Part shown: positions 48,417-58,856 of the stretch, in pieces
Layout of the letters: each line of letters begins with the position of its first letter
How positions within the stretch are numbered: position 1 is the stretch's first letter
Origin: Batkoa obscura
Lineage: Eukaryota
Length of the DNA stretch: 64,000 nucleotides
NCBI GenBank assembly: GCA_030770535.1
Contig: JASVEC010000027.1
Span: 620,001 to 684,000, forward strand
Direction of reading: 5' to 3'
Made by a program: the position numbers and the translations under genes
The notes under the pieces: model-generated
The model's database searches: none
Seen by the model: only the letters and a program-made list of their open reading frames with translations
Told to the model about the DNA's origin: nothing

Positions 48417-51400
48417 CTGATCCAGATGAAAGCACTGAATTAGACTTCGAAATTAACACGCTTTCAAAATTTGACCCCTCTACCCTCATCCTAGCACTAC
48501 CTTCCAAAATTCGTGGCAGACCCAAGAAGAAAAAGGTTCCCGTCGTTGAAATTCCTAAAGTCATTCCACGTCGAATTGATAAGTCACCTGATAACTCTAT
48601 CAATGCCCCTGATTCTGCCTTGATAAATGAAATTGCTAAACCTTACATTTCACAATTATCCGATTTATCCAAACTGTCCCTTACACAAAGTGAACTAGAT
48701 AATACACACCAGTGGTTAACTAATGTTACCATCCCAATTCCTCTAGACAAAATCCTAACTGGAGAATCAGACTTAGCAATTGCATTTAGAAACATCATTA
48801 GAGAATATCAGAATCCAAATAAACAGATCCTCTTAGTAAACCTCGATGCCAAAGCCAACTCCACCGATTGTACTTACATTAATGCGTCGATTTACAAAAA
48901 AAATGTGCGTATAATATTAGATAGCGGAGCTCCCATCAATTTCATATCGAGTCGTCTGGTAAAACGATTACCCTTTAAACCGGATATAGATTGTTCGGAC
49001 ACCTTCGGTACAGCCGGAACCGGAACCGTCACGGCACTAGGAGCATACTCATCAATCCCTATTAAGTTTGGAAAGCTAACTTTAGCCTTTCCAGCGATAG
49101 TGTTGGAAAGCGAAGGTTACGACTTCCTCCTAGGCACCGAATTCTTTGTGAAACATGGTTGCCAATTATTGTACGATCAAAATATCTTAAAAGTATTAGA
49201 TCAATCCATTCCAATGTACTACAATAAGCCAAGGAACCTAACCATTAACAACATAAGCAACAAAACTCCTGACTGTCGTATAATGAGCTATCGGACTAAC
49301 AATAAATCAGTTGACGTTACTCTCTGCGGATTAGAATCTGTGATTTATCAATATCCAGATATAGCATATAAGCAGTCTGGAATCCCCATTATTTCCCCTA
49401 AGAACTTACTAATACCGCCTAAATCACAGGTAGTACTAGACACCGAAATCTCATTATGGGTACCTAAGGAGTTCCATCTATCTATATACAGTATAGAAAG
49501 TGTTTCAAGATTAGAACCTCTAACTATGCCCGGGATTTTAGGTAATAACATGAATGAGACTATAAAACTACTGCTTGCCAACATTACCGAAAAAGATATC
49601 AAAATCTCTAGAGGTCAACAGGTTGGTACAATCCACGTAGAAAATAACATTGTGATTAATACTTTCAGTAAATTTGCAACACTAGAAGAATTCCAAATTT
49701 ATGAAGAAGCCCCTAATAACCAAACCCTGTTTGTTGAGAAAGACACTATTAAACATCTAAACCCAGATGAACAACTTCAATTTTATAAATTGCTGGAAGA
49801 ATATAAAGACGTCTTTGCAACTTCAGAAGAAGATATTGGCTGTGCCCGCAATACTAAACATAAAGTATATACATGTGATTCACTACCTGTTGCAACTAAA
49901 GCATATCGTAAATCTCAGTCTGAACTTAAGGCAGAACGAGAAGAAGTCCAAAAACTTTTAAGATTAGGTTTGATTATCCCTTCAAATAGTCCATGGGCCT
50001 CTCCCCTTATGATTGTTAAGAAAAAAGATGGAACTAATAGAGTAGTTATGGACTATAGGAAACTCAACAAAATCACAAAGAAGGATGTATATCCACTACC
50101 CAGAATAGATGATGCTGTTGACCGCTTACAAGGTGCAAAATACTTTTCAGCAATGGATCTAATCTCAGGATACTGGCAGGTAGAAATGGATCCGGAAGAC
50201 CAAGAGAAATGCGCTTTGATTACTTCCGAAGGACTATTTCAACCAACGAGGATGCCACAAGGCCTTTCAAACGCTCCTGCTACATTCCAACGTCTTATGG
50301 ATAATACACTAGGTGATCTTAAGCTCTCATGTGTACTAATTTACTTAGACGACTTGAATGTGTTCTCGAAGACTTTCGTGGATCACCTAAATCACCTTAA
50401 AGCAGTATTCGAACGTCTTCGCCAAGCTAACTTAAAGTTAAAGCCAAAAAAATGCTCATTTTTCCAAACTAGTCTGGAATTTTTAGGCTACAAGGTCTCT
50501 GACAAAGGTTTAGCTCCTATTCCTAATAAATTAGATGCAGTAAAAGAGCTTTTCCCCCCAACTACGATGAGAGAAGTACAAGTATTCCTCGGACTAATGA
50601 ATTACTACCGAAGATTTATAAAAGATTTTTCGAACTTAGCCACTCCACTATTCCAATTGTTAAAGAAAGAAGTCAAGTTTCAATGGAAAGAAGAACACCA
50701 ACAAGCCTTTGAAGAACTTCGCGATAAGCTGCTTAACGCCCCAGTGTTGATGTTTCCAAATTTCTCAAAGCCCTTCTCCCTGCATACCGACGCTAGCCTA
50801 ACGGCAGTTGGAGGTGTTTTAAGTCAACTGGATGATGACAACTGCGAGCATCCAATAGCTTATACCTCTAGAACCTTATCGAAGCATGAGAGGAATTACA
50901 CTACGACAGAGAAGGAATGCCTTGCAATTATTCATGCTATAAAGGCATTTAGACCGTATATCTATGGCACTCACTTTACTGTTATTACCGACCATGTTTC
51001 CCTAAAGTGGTTATATTCAATCACTAATCCTGAAGGACGTCTAGCTAGGTGGGCTCTAAAACTACAATCGTATAGTTTTGATATAGTATATAAGCCAGGT
51101 AAAGATCACCAAAATGCAGATGGGCTTAGTAGGTTACCCAGGATCTGTCTAGCCACCCCCATAGATGATGATCTGTACAACCTATTGGGTAATAAAAATA
51201 AGTGGCCGCAACAACAACCTGAGCTTAAACAATGGCTTGAGAAAAATGCCCAGAATATCATTGTCAAAAGTAATGCATTGTACAAAAAGATTAAAGGAAC
51301 ATATATTCCGTATATTAAGCCTTCTTCGCGGCTATCTGCATGTCAACAGTTTCACAATGTGATCTGCGGGCATTCAGCCTTCCAAAAAACATATGACACC

Positions 51401-52378
51401 ATGAAAGTTTCCTGCTATTGGGAATCAATGATACCAGACTTAGAAGACTTCATAAATAATTGTGATGTTTGTAAAAGAGAACAAAGTAGGATAAAAGTAA
51501 CAGCTTACAAGTTTATTTTACCTAAACATGCATTCCACACGGTAAGTATAGATGTGATAGGCCCTCTTTGTGAAGCTTCTTCAGTAAGAGGAAATAAGTA
51601 TATCGTTGTAGCTATAGACCATCTAACTAAGTGGGTTGAAGCTAGAGCAATACCAAACCAGACTTCCTTCCACATATCTAAATTTATATATGAAGATATT
51701 ATTTGTAGACATGGAAGCCCACAGGTGATACTTACCGATAATGCTGCCAATTTTGTTAATCTAGTTCTCCCAAAATTAGCCAGACTAATGGCCATAAGAC
51801 ATTCTACTGCAGCTCCGTATCATCCAGAAACTAATGGAATGGTTGAGAGAGTAAACGGTACACTAATACGTATACTAAGAAAACTAGCTTTTGACAAAAC
51901 TAGCTGTTGGGATGAATATCTACATTCCGCTATTTTAGCATATAGATATTCAGTACACAGTATTACTAAAAAGTCTCCTTTTATTATGCTTTATGGGAGA
52001 CACCCTGGGCTCCCCATATCTTTTGCCCCTTTAATCGCTAAACAAGGCGAGATAAGCCCTGACATATACTTGGCTAAACTAACAAAAAAATTGATAGCTA
52101 TCCAAGTTGAAGCCTTTAACGCATTAACAGATTCGAAGATAAAGAGGTATCAGCAAGATATGTCCAGACTTCCTAGTCTAGCCACTTTCAAGGTAGGAGA
52201 TATTGTTTATTTGTATCCTTCCTACAACCAACCTAGAAAAAATAAACTGGCACTGAAATGGGACGGACCATATGAAATCATACATAAACACTTGTATGAT
52301 AGCTATTCGATTAAACATAAAGGAACAAGCGTCATTTATAATCGAGTCCATGCCAAGTTTCTCAAATCAGCAATGTGA
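48362..52378 (+). CDS. pol: Pol (PR, dUTPase-like, RT, RNase H, IN), expressed by -1 frameshift
   Basis: Frame open from the slippery site through the track ORF; LDSGA, YLDD, TDAS, HHCC, D-D-E, WDGPY; no chromodomain. Confidence 0.93.
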   Translation, partial: LLSGRVNEDPPSTKSKIPPDPDESTELDFEINTLSKFDPSTLILALPSKIRGRPKKKKVPVVEIPKVIPRRIDKSPDNSINAPDSALINEIAKPYISQLSDLSKLSLTQSELDNTHQWLTNVTIPIPLDKILTGESDLAIAFRNIIREYQNPNKQILLVNLDAKANSTDCTYINASIYKKNVRIILDSGAPINFISSRLVKRLPFKPDIDCSDTFGTAGTGTVTALGAYSSIPIKFGKLTLAFPAIVLESEGYDFLLGTEFFVKHGCQLLYDQNILKVLDQSIPMYYNKPRNLTINNISNKTPDCRIMSYRTNNKSVDVTLCGLESVIYQYPDIAYKQSGIPIISPKNLLIPPKSQVVLDTEISLWVPKEFHLSIYSIESVSRLEPLTMPGILGNNMNETIKLLLANITEKDIKISRGQQVGTIHVENNIVINTFSKFATLEEFQIYEEAPNNQTLFVEKDTIKHLNPDEQLQFYKLLEEYKDVFATSEEDIGCARNTKHKVYTCDSLPVATKAYRKSQSELKAEREEVQKLLRLGLIIPSNSPWASPLMIVKKKDGTNRVVMDYRKLNKITKKDVYPLPRIDDAVDRLQGAKYFSAMDLISGYWQVEMDPEDQEKCALITSEGLFQPTRMPQGLSNAPATFQRLMDNTLGDLKLSCVLIYLDDLNVFSKTFVDHLNHLKAVFERLRQANLKLKPKKCSFFQTSLEFLGYKVSDKGLAPIPNKLDAVKELFPPTTMREVQVFLGLMNYYRRFIKDFSNLATPLFQLLKKEVKFQWKEEHQQAFEELRDKLLNAPVLMFPNFSKPFSLHTDASLTAVGGVLSQLDDDNCEHPIAYTSRTLSKHERNYTTTEKECLAIIHAIKAFRPYIYGTHFTVITDHVSLKWLYSITNPEGRLARWALKLQSYSFDIVYKPGKDHQNADGLSRLPRICLATPIDDDLYNLLGNKNKWPQQQPELKQWLEKNAQNIIVKSNALYKKIKGTYIPYIKPSSRLSACQQFHNVICGHSAFQKTYDTMKVSCYWESMIPDLEDFINNCDVCKREQSRIKVTAYKFILPKHAFHTVSIDVIGPLCEASSVRGNKYIVVAIDHLTKWVEARAIPNQTSFHISKFIYEDIICRHGSPQVILTDNAANFVNLVLPKLARLMAIRHSTAAPYHPETNGMVERVNGTLIRILRKLAFDKTSCWDEYLHSAILAYRYSVHSITKKSPFIMLYGRHPGLPISFAPLIAKQGEISPDIYLAKLTKKLIAIQVEAFNALTDSKIKRYQQDMSRLPSLATFKVGDIVYLYPSYNQPRKNKLALKWDGPYEIIHKHLYDSYSIKHKGTSVIYNRVHAKFLKSAM

Positions 52379-52453
52379 TTCAATGAGTACAATTCGTAAC
52401 TAGTCAAATTGCTCTTGGTAAGTAAATCATAAAAATTCACTACATCAAATCAT

Positions 52454-52464
52454 AGGGAGGGAAA
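52454..52464 (+). promoter_or_regulatory. Polypurine tract
   Basis: AGGGAGGGAAA abutting the 3' LTR. Confidence 0.85.
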
Positions 52465-52937
52465 TGTGAAATATTGCTTTATTTAGCTCTCGGATTGATT
52501 ATAACGCAACAATCACTTAAGTTGCTGTGTTCTCAAGTTCAAATACAATCAAGTCAGAGTCCCTTATTTTGATTTGCTGCGAGAATTTCTAACTTCATAT
52601 TGCAAGGAATAACATCCTCTCGTATTAATATCCATATTTATTGGAGTATAAAAGAGATTCTTCAATATGATAACTCCAGGTTTTTTTTTTTTTTAATTGG
52701 ATTACTCCCTGATAACGTATCATTAATAAAGTCACTAAGTCTTTCTGACAACATCTGATATAGATTTTATAGTAGTATCTTCCATTGTATTTGTTTTACA
52801 TAATTTGTAGCTTACTACATACTATTTCTATTAAGTTAAGTCTACCTTAGTTATATAAACTAAGACCCTTCGACTCAAGGCAAGTTAATTAAGCAAGAGT
52901 AGCTTTTAACTTCGGCCACTAAGTATCAACTTTCACA
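52465..52937 (+). repeat. 3' LTR
   Basis: TGTGAAA...TTTCACA; preceded by PPT. Confidence 0.95.
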
Positions 52938-54598
52938 AAGCTACTTACTTGCTTACTAAATATTGAAACTTTTAAATTCTCAGTTATTTTTGTAAGATAA
53001 GCTGGGGTTGACCTTTTAATTTTTCTATCCTCTATAGACTCTATAACTTTAATTGAAATTATGTCGCTTTTTTTTGATCTATCAGATACTGGATAACAGT
53101 ATAGTTTTTTACCACGTTTAATAAAATGTAAATACTTTTTAATACCTTTTATTTTTATTATTTTTTTTGTATCTTTGTTTCTTTCATACTTTTTAAAAAT
53201 TATATTTGTTTTCCCATTATTGACAGTTGAGTTATTAAATCTATTATTTTCACAAACAAAAATCTCAAATTTTGAAATTAATTGATCAATATCTTCTATT
53301 TTACCTAATGCTTCAAGACTATTTTTCCACTGTGAAAGATTTCCAAAATGCCCGTCAACTATACTTTTTCCATGATGCTCAGCAAAAAAATTAAGATCAA
53401 TATTTAAACTACTATTTATTTTATGACTTTCTTCAAATACATAATGTAAAAACTCTTGAGATTTAAAATGATATCCTGTATCTGCCCATATATTAATTTT
53501 TGTAAACTTTTTAAACAAAGGCTCTTTAGATATTAAATCAATCAAACAATCTCCTGCATATGCTGAATCATGATTTAATATTTCAGATAAATAATCAAAA
53601 TAAACTTTGCCTATTGTTTTATCGTTTTTTAAATACAAAACGCCAAACCCTAATACTGATATAGCTTGTTTGTTATAATGATCTAAGTTTATTGGATCTG
53701 GTCTTGTTCCTATTTCCATATTTTGTTTAAAGTCTAAAATTATTATACAACTTCTATTATTTAATTTTTCAATAGTTTCATTAAGTATGTTTTTTTGAGT
53801 ATCAACACAAAATTCATGTAATTTATATAACCTTTTTTCTTTATTAAAAGATTCCTGTATCTCTGCTTTATTTTCTGTCGCTGTATTTATTTTATTTTCA
53901 AATAACTTTTTTCTAACTGTATACTGGGCACATATATTACATAAATCTGTTTTTCTTGCTGGATTTTTAAAATTATTTGGTATATATTTGAAAAATGTTG
54001 ACCTAGCTACTGCTTTATCTTTTAAATCATTAAAATACTTACTGTATATCATCCTTCTACTTTTATTTAATATATATATATTCTCTGACGAATATTTATC
54101 ATTATTTCTTTTACTAAATCTTGATGAAATAGTTGAATTATCAAGTAAATATTGTATAATAATCTCGATTTGCTCATCTTTAATTTTTTTTGTATTTTTG
54201 ATAGTAGGTCGTAATGTTGGTATTTTATTACTATTAATTATTTTTGAATAATCATATTGATTTTTACTTATATTAAATCCAAAACTTTTACATTCATCAA
54301 AAGAATATACTGAAGCTATAGTCGATAATAATGCTACTTGTTGGTTTTTATTTCCTGTTTCCCTTAAAACACTAATTTTATACATTGCTTGATTAAGTTT
54401 GTTATTATTAATAGTAAAATTTAATAATATTTCTTTTCTTTTTTTTGTTTTATTATAAAATTCCATAAACTTTGGGCAATTGTGAATAGTTGCTAAAATT
54501 GATGTAAATGAATTACAATGTTTATATAATGTGCTTCTCCCTACCGTATTAAAGTTTTTAGAAATTCCATTTCGAAGTTTAGTTATAAAAGCTTGCAT
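52919..54598 (-). CDS. Sola-like DDD transposase, C-terminus truncated by gypsy insertion
   Basis: DLCNIC, ILDFKQN, WADTGYHFKS, FFAEHHGKSIVDGHFG motifs; native C-terminus LLDDRNQLLNVDIT* lies at 45229-45273. Confidence 0.8.
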   Translation of the reverse strand: MQAFITKLRNGISKNFNTVGRSTLYKHCNSFTSILATIHNCPKFMEFYNKTKKRKEILLNFTINNNKLNQAMYKISVLRETGNKNQQVALLSTIASVYSFDECKSFGFNISKNQYDYSKIINSNKIPTLRPTIKNTKKIKDEQIEIIIQYLLDNSTISSRFSKRNNDKYSSENIYILNKSRRMIYSKYFNDLKDKAVARSTFFKYIPNNFKNPARKTDLCNICAQYTVRKKLFENKINTATENKAEIQESFNKEKRLYKLHEFCVDTQKNILNETIEKLNNRSCIIILDFKQNMEIGTRPDPINLDHYNKQAISVLGFGVLYLKNDKTIGKVYFDYLSEILNHDSAYAGDCLIDLISKEPLFKKFTKINIWADTGYHFKSQEFLHYVFEESHKINSSLNIDLNFFAEHHGKSIVDGHFGNLSQWKNSLEALGKIEDIDQLISKFEIFVCENNRFNNSTVNNGKTNIIFKKYERNKDTKKIIKIKGIKKYLHFIKRGKKLYCYPVSDRSKKSDIISIKVIESIEDRKIKRSTPAYLTKITENLKVSIFSKQVSSFVKVDT

Positions 54599-54689
54599 TT
54601 TGTTTTTATTTTAACAAAAAACAAAGTCAAATAACTATATAATTATATATTATATAGCTATTGAATATTTAATAAAAAATACAAAACAC

Positions 54690-55049
54690 TGTGAAATATC
54701 GTTTCATCATCTCTGTGATTGATTATCGCATAATAATCACTTAACTTGTTTACAAAACTAGTTGAGTATAAAATAGATTCTTCAACATAATAGCTCAAGG
54801 CTTTTTAATTAAATTGTTCCCTAATATTTTACTTTTAATAAAGCCACTAAATCTTTCTGATAATATCTTATGTAGATTTTATAGTAATATCCTGTATTCT
54901 ATTTATTTTACATAGCTCGTAGCTTATTGCGTATTACTCCTATTGATTTAAGTCTATCTTAGCTACATAAACTAAGGCCTTTTGACTTACGGCCAGTTAA
55001 CTAAGCTAGAGCTGCTTTCAACTCCAATTGCTGAGTACTAACTTTCACA
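54690..55049 (+). mobile_element. Internally deleted solo LTR inside the Sola-like element
   Basis: TGTGAAA...TTTCACA, about 110 bp shorter; flanks AACAC/AACAT, TSD imperfect. Confidence 0.85.
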
Positions 55050-55239
55050 AACATATAATCAAAAAAATAAAATAAAATAAAATAAAATAAATAAAATAAG
55101 TCTTTAAGTTAAATTTTTATATTTAATTTTAAGCTTTTTAAATTTAGCTAATCATACATTAAAGACTTACAAATTTAAAAACTTAAAATTTGGATTAATT
55201 TCTAGTTAAATTCTGAAACCAATTCGGACACCCCCATAT

Positions 55240-55334
55240 GGGGATGTATTTTTTTGTTTAGGAATTTTATTAACAATCTTTCTACTCAAATAGCGCTTAA
55301 AAAATGGAAAAAGTAATGAAACAAAAACACCCCC
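55240..55334 (+). mobile_element. MITE family A abutting the Sola-like element
   Basis: Core match; ATAT TSD shared with the transposon right end. Confidence 0.9.
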
Positions 55335-57219
55335 ATATTAAAATTGAGTTCAAATATTCCATTTTATTAAATTACTTTAGAATTTTTATTTAATAAATCC
55401 CCAAATATAGAATCATTTTAAAAGAAACTATAATTTTTTTAAATGAAAAATTGTGTTAAGAATACCTAATTGCAATACCAAACTATTTTCATTACCAATT
55501 CGCTTTTGTTCTTAGGGATAAATCTTAGTTACTATTGCAATCAATAACTAGCTCTAATTTTTTAATTCAAAAATTATTATTACTTTTGAAAGGATCTTAT
55601 ATTTAAAATACTATAAAAAAATATTAATGAATGTTTAAAAATCGGATTAAAATGAATTTTACAAGTTTTATGAGACTAAATTTAAGGGAAATAAAAAATT
55701 AATGTTTAGAGTGTCTTTTAATGTAAAATTTTTACAAGAAACAAAAACTAAAAAAATAAACCTTAGATTTCTATTGACCCATATTAAGAAATAGTTTTAT
55801 ATAATATTAAAGCGCCATATCTTTTATTGTTTTCTATTATTATTTTTTACCAATTATAATTTATTATAATTTTAATAGGGCAATGACATAAAGTAACCCT
55901 TATAAAAAGTTAAACTTACCAAGTTTTAGTAAACAAAAAGTCGACTAATATTTCAACTAAATGCTAACAATTGAACCATATAGTAACCGTGTTAAAAATG
56001 TTATCTTCAATTTAACTTACTTTTTATTCAAAATAGAAACCTTATAACAACCATAAAAACAATAAAAACAATAATGACTTTAAACTAATATATAATAAAA
56101 AAGCATTATACTAAATAAAGTATAATGGTAATAGCGTAGAGTAATAATCATTTAAAAACGAAGCTTCTAATTTATGTAATATGATTTTTATATTATTGTT
56201 ATTATTTAATCCTTTTTTCGCATTTATGGATGGGTCTATTATTATTAAACGAGTATGATCTATTATTAAGAATTATTTATTATTTATTATTTAATATTTA
56301 ATGTAATAGTCAAAATTTGCTTATTATTATTGTATAGCTATATTAAATTTACTTTTATATTTCTAATTTTTGTATAATTTTCATGAAATTTAAGTACAAT
56401 AAAGTATTAACAATAACAAAAGTAGTGCCCAAAACATTTATTAATAATTCGACCGAAAAAAGGGGTTATGTTGTAAATAAACAAGGATATTTGAATGATT
56501 TGAGGTTAATGCTCACCAAGAAAAGATAAGGTTTTAAAAAGAAAGCTGAGAGATTAGTGGAGCTGAAGAGTTTTACCCAGTGATTCAACAAAAGATTATA
56601 TTTTAAACGGATAATTCCGCTACTTTTCAAATAAGCTTGAGTTCGACCAAATATGGAAGAATTCTCTTTTATAAATTGGCATTTTTTATCTTTTTTTTGT
56701 ATAAAAATATCAAGTTTAAAAGTCTAAGACAAAGTGACTAATTATAGTTAAAGTCCACTAAACTTGTTTAAAATAATAAATTTAATAGATATAAGAATAA
56801 GACTTATTATTATCTGTTTCTTTATTCTTACTTTTGTTATATAAAAACCAGACCAAACACAAAATAAAATCCTTGGTTAAGACCTATTAAAATTAAAATT
56901 ACCTTTTTATTAATGTTCTGGTTATAACTCAATGTCATTAACATCAATGACTATTTCAGCTGGTTACTCATTATAAAAATAAAAATAGTAAAATGATAAT
57001 AATACTTAAATCAAATGATTAAAAGTAAGGAGAAGTAGAATAATAGGTTTAATGGCAAATTCAGTCACTTAAAAAATACTAACTACGATTATTATTAATA
57101 GCAAATAAGTAATTGCTAGTAAATCCTCTTTTTTGAAAAATGGTATATAAATAAACTTGAAATCAACCTTTAATCATTAAAAATATTTCAGTTTTTGTTT
57201 ATTTATTTTAATTCAAACT

Positions 57220-58797
57220 ATGAAAGTGTTTACTTCTTCTCTTTTAATTGCTTTATCCAGTTTATTCTCTGCTGTTTTATCTCAGGACAAAGTAGTAGTT
57301 GGTTACTATGTACCTTGGGGTAAAGTTGAACCTGAAGCTTTAAGTTACAGTAAAGTAACTCATATCAATTATGGTTTCGGGGTACTTTATAAAAAAGATG
57401 ATCCAACCTCTATCTTCATTGATCGTTACTATGATGGTAATCGTATTCGTAAATTAAAAACCTTAGCCGCTGCCAAAGGGGTTAAAGTTTTAATTTCCAT
57501 TGGTGGTTGGACAGGTTCTCAAACTTTCTCTACCGTTGCTGCTTCTCCTGCTTTACGTGCTAAATTCATTGATAATGCTTTAGTCTTTGTACGTAAAAAT
57601 ACCAAACCAGATTGGGAAACAAATCCAGATGGTTGGGATTTAGATGGTATTGATCTTGATTGGGAATATCCAGGTAGAGCTGCTGCCATCTGTAATGTCG
57701 TTTCTCCAAATGATTCTGCTAATTACCTTATCTTACTTAAAGAATTGCGTGCTGCCTTAGATAAGGAATTCCCAAATGAACATAAATTAATTACTGCTGC
57801 TGTTCGTGTTAAGCCATTTGATGGTGCAGATGGCAAACCAATGACTGATGTATCTGCTTATGCTCAATACTTTGACTTCATTAATATTATGGCTTATGAT
57901 ATTATGGGTTCATGGTCTGCTACCACCGGTCCAAATGCTCCTTATAATTATGATACTGCTCGTGGTGGAGATCCTTTCTCATTTACTCAAGGTGTTGATG
58001 ATTGGTTAGCTGCTGGATTCCCTGCTAATAAATTGACCTCTGGACTTGCATTTTACGGACGTACTTTAACTCCACAGGTTGATATGAGTAAAGATCCTTC
58101 TAACCAATATGTTAAAAAAGAACCAGTCACTCCAAAAGGCGATTCTTCAGATGCTAATGATCCAAATTTCTTCTGTAATGAAGGTACTTTCTACTCTGGT
58201 GTTTATAAATATAAATATTTGCGTCAAGATATTCTAACTGGGGGACCACTTTCCCCAGGAAATGGCTTCAACCGTTACTTTGATAATGTTACTCAAACTC
58301 CATGGTTATTTTCTAATGCTCAAAAGAAATTCATTTCTTATGATGATCCTCAATCACTTAAGGTTAAAGTTGATTATGCTAAAAAGAAGAATCTTCGTGG
58401 TGTCATGTACTGGGACATGGCTCAAGATTTCAATGATGAATTATTAAATGTTGCTAATGGTATTCGTGATGGGCAAACCAATCCTCCTGTCACCTCTACT
58501 ACTACTCAGCCTCCAGTAACTACTACTACCCAGCCTCCAGTAACTACTACTACTACCCAGCCTCCAGTAACTACTACTACTCAACCTCCAGTAACTACTA
58601 CTAAACCACCTGTCACTACTACTACTTCTACCGTTCCAACTGGTGGACCATGTAGCGAAGGTGCTTACCAATGCGTAAACAGTGGCAAGAGTGCTGATTA
58701 TCAACGTTGTGTATTTGGCAAATGGACCAATAGCGCTTGTGGTTCCGGAACTGTATGTAAACAATCTGGAAGCTCAATTGTTTGTGATTTTCCATAA
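57220..58797 (+). CDS. Secreted GH18 chitinase (Chi4) with T/P linker and CBM19-like chitin-binding module
   Basis: Catalytic domain near-identical to Chi1; (QPPVTTTT)n linker; six-Cys C-terminal module. Confidence 0.95.
   Translation: MKVFTSSLLIALSSLFSAVLSQDKVVVGYYVPWGKVEPEALSYSKVTHINYGFGVLYKKDDPTSIFIDRYYDGNRIRKLKTLAAAKGVKVLISIGGWTGSQTFSTVAASPALRAKFIDNALVFVRKNTKPDWETNPDGWDLDGIDLDWEYPGRAAAICNVVSPNDSANYLILLKELRAALDKEFPNEHKLITAAVRVKPFDGADGKPMTDVSAYAQYFDFINIMAYDIMGSWSATTGPNAPYNYDTARGGDPFSFTQGVDDWLAAGFPANKLTSGLAFYGRTLTPQVDMSKDPSNQYVKKEPVTPKGDSSDANDPNFFCNEGTFYSGVYKYKYLRQDILTGGPLSPGNGFNRYFDNVTQTPWLFSNAQKKFISYDDPQSLKVKVDYAKKKNLRGVMYWDMAQDFNDELLNVANGIRDGQTNPPVTSTTTQPPVTTTTQPPVTTTTTQPPVTTTTQPPVTTTKPPVTTTTSTVPTGGPCSEGAYQCVNSGKSADYQRCVFGKWTNSACGSGTVCKQSGSSIVCDFP
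58492..58630 (+). repeat. Coding minisatellite (QPPVTTTT linker)
   Basis: CAGCCTCCAGTA(ACT)n units. Confidence 0.85.
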
Positions 58798-58856
58798 TTT
58801 TTTGTTTTATCAAATTTTTTAAATAAAAGAAAACTATTTTTTATATATTTGTTTAT

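Larger units (their letters stand above)
45276..52937 (+). mobile_element. Full-length Ty3/gypsy LTR retrotransposon
   Basis: LTRs 45276-45748 and 52465-52937 (473 bp, no difference seen by eye), AAGC TSD, PBS, PPT, gag and PR-RT-RH-IN order. Confidence 0.97.
44696..55235 (-). mobile_element. Sola2-like DNA transposon interrupted by nested elements
   Basis: Perfect 22-bp TIR GGGGGTGTCCGAATTGGTTTCA (44696-44717 / 55214-55235), ATAT TSD on both sides, internal transposase. Confidence 0.88.

Noticed and set aside
52919..54598. Fanzor/TnpB nuclease in the Sola-like element
   Set aside because: No RuvC or C-terminal zinc-ribbon motifs seen; motifs fit a DDD transposase and there is no second ORF.
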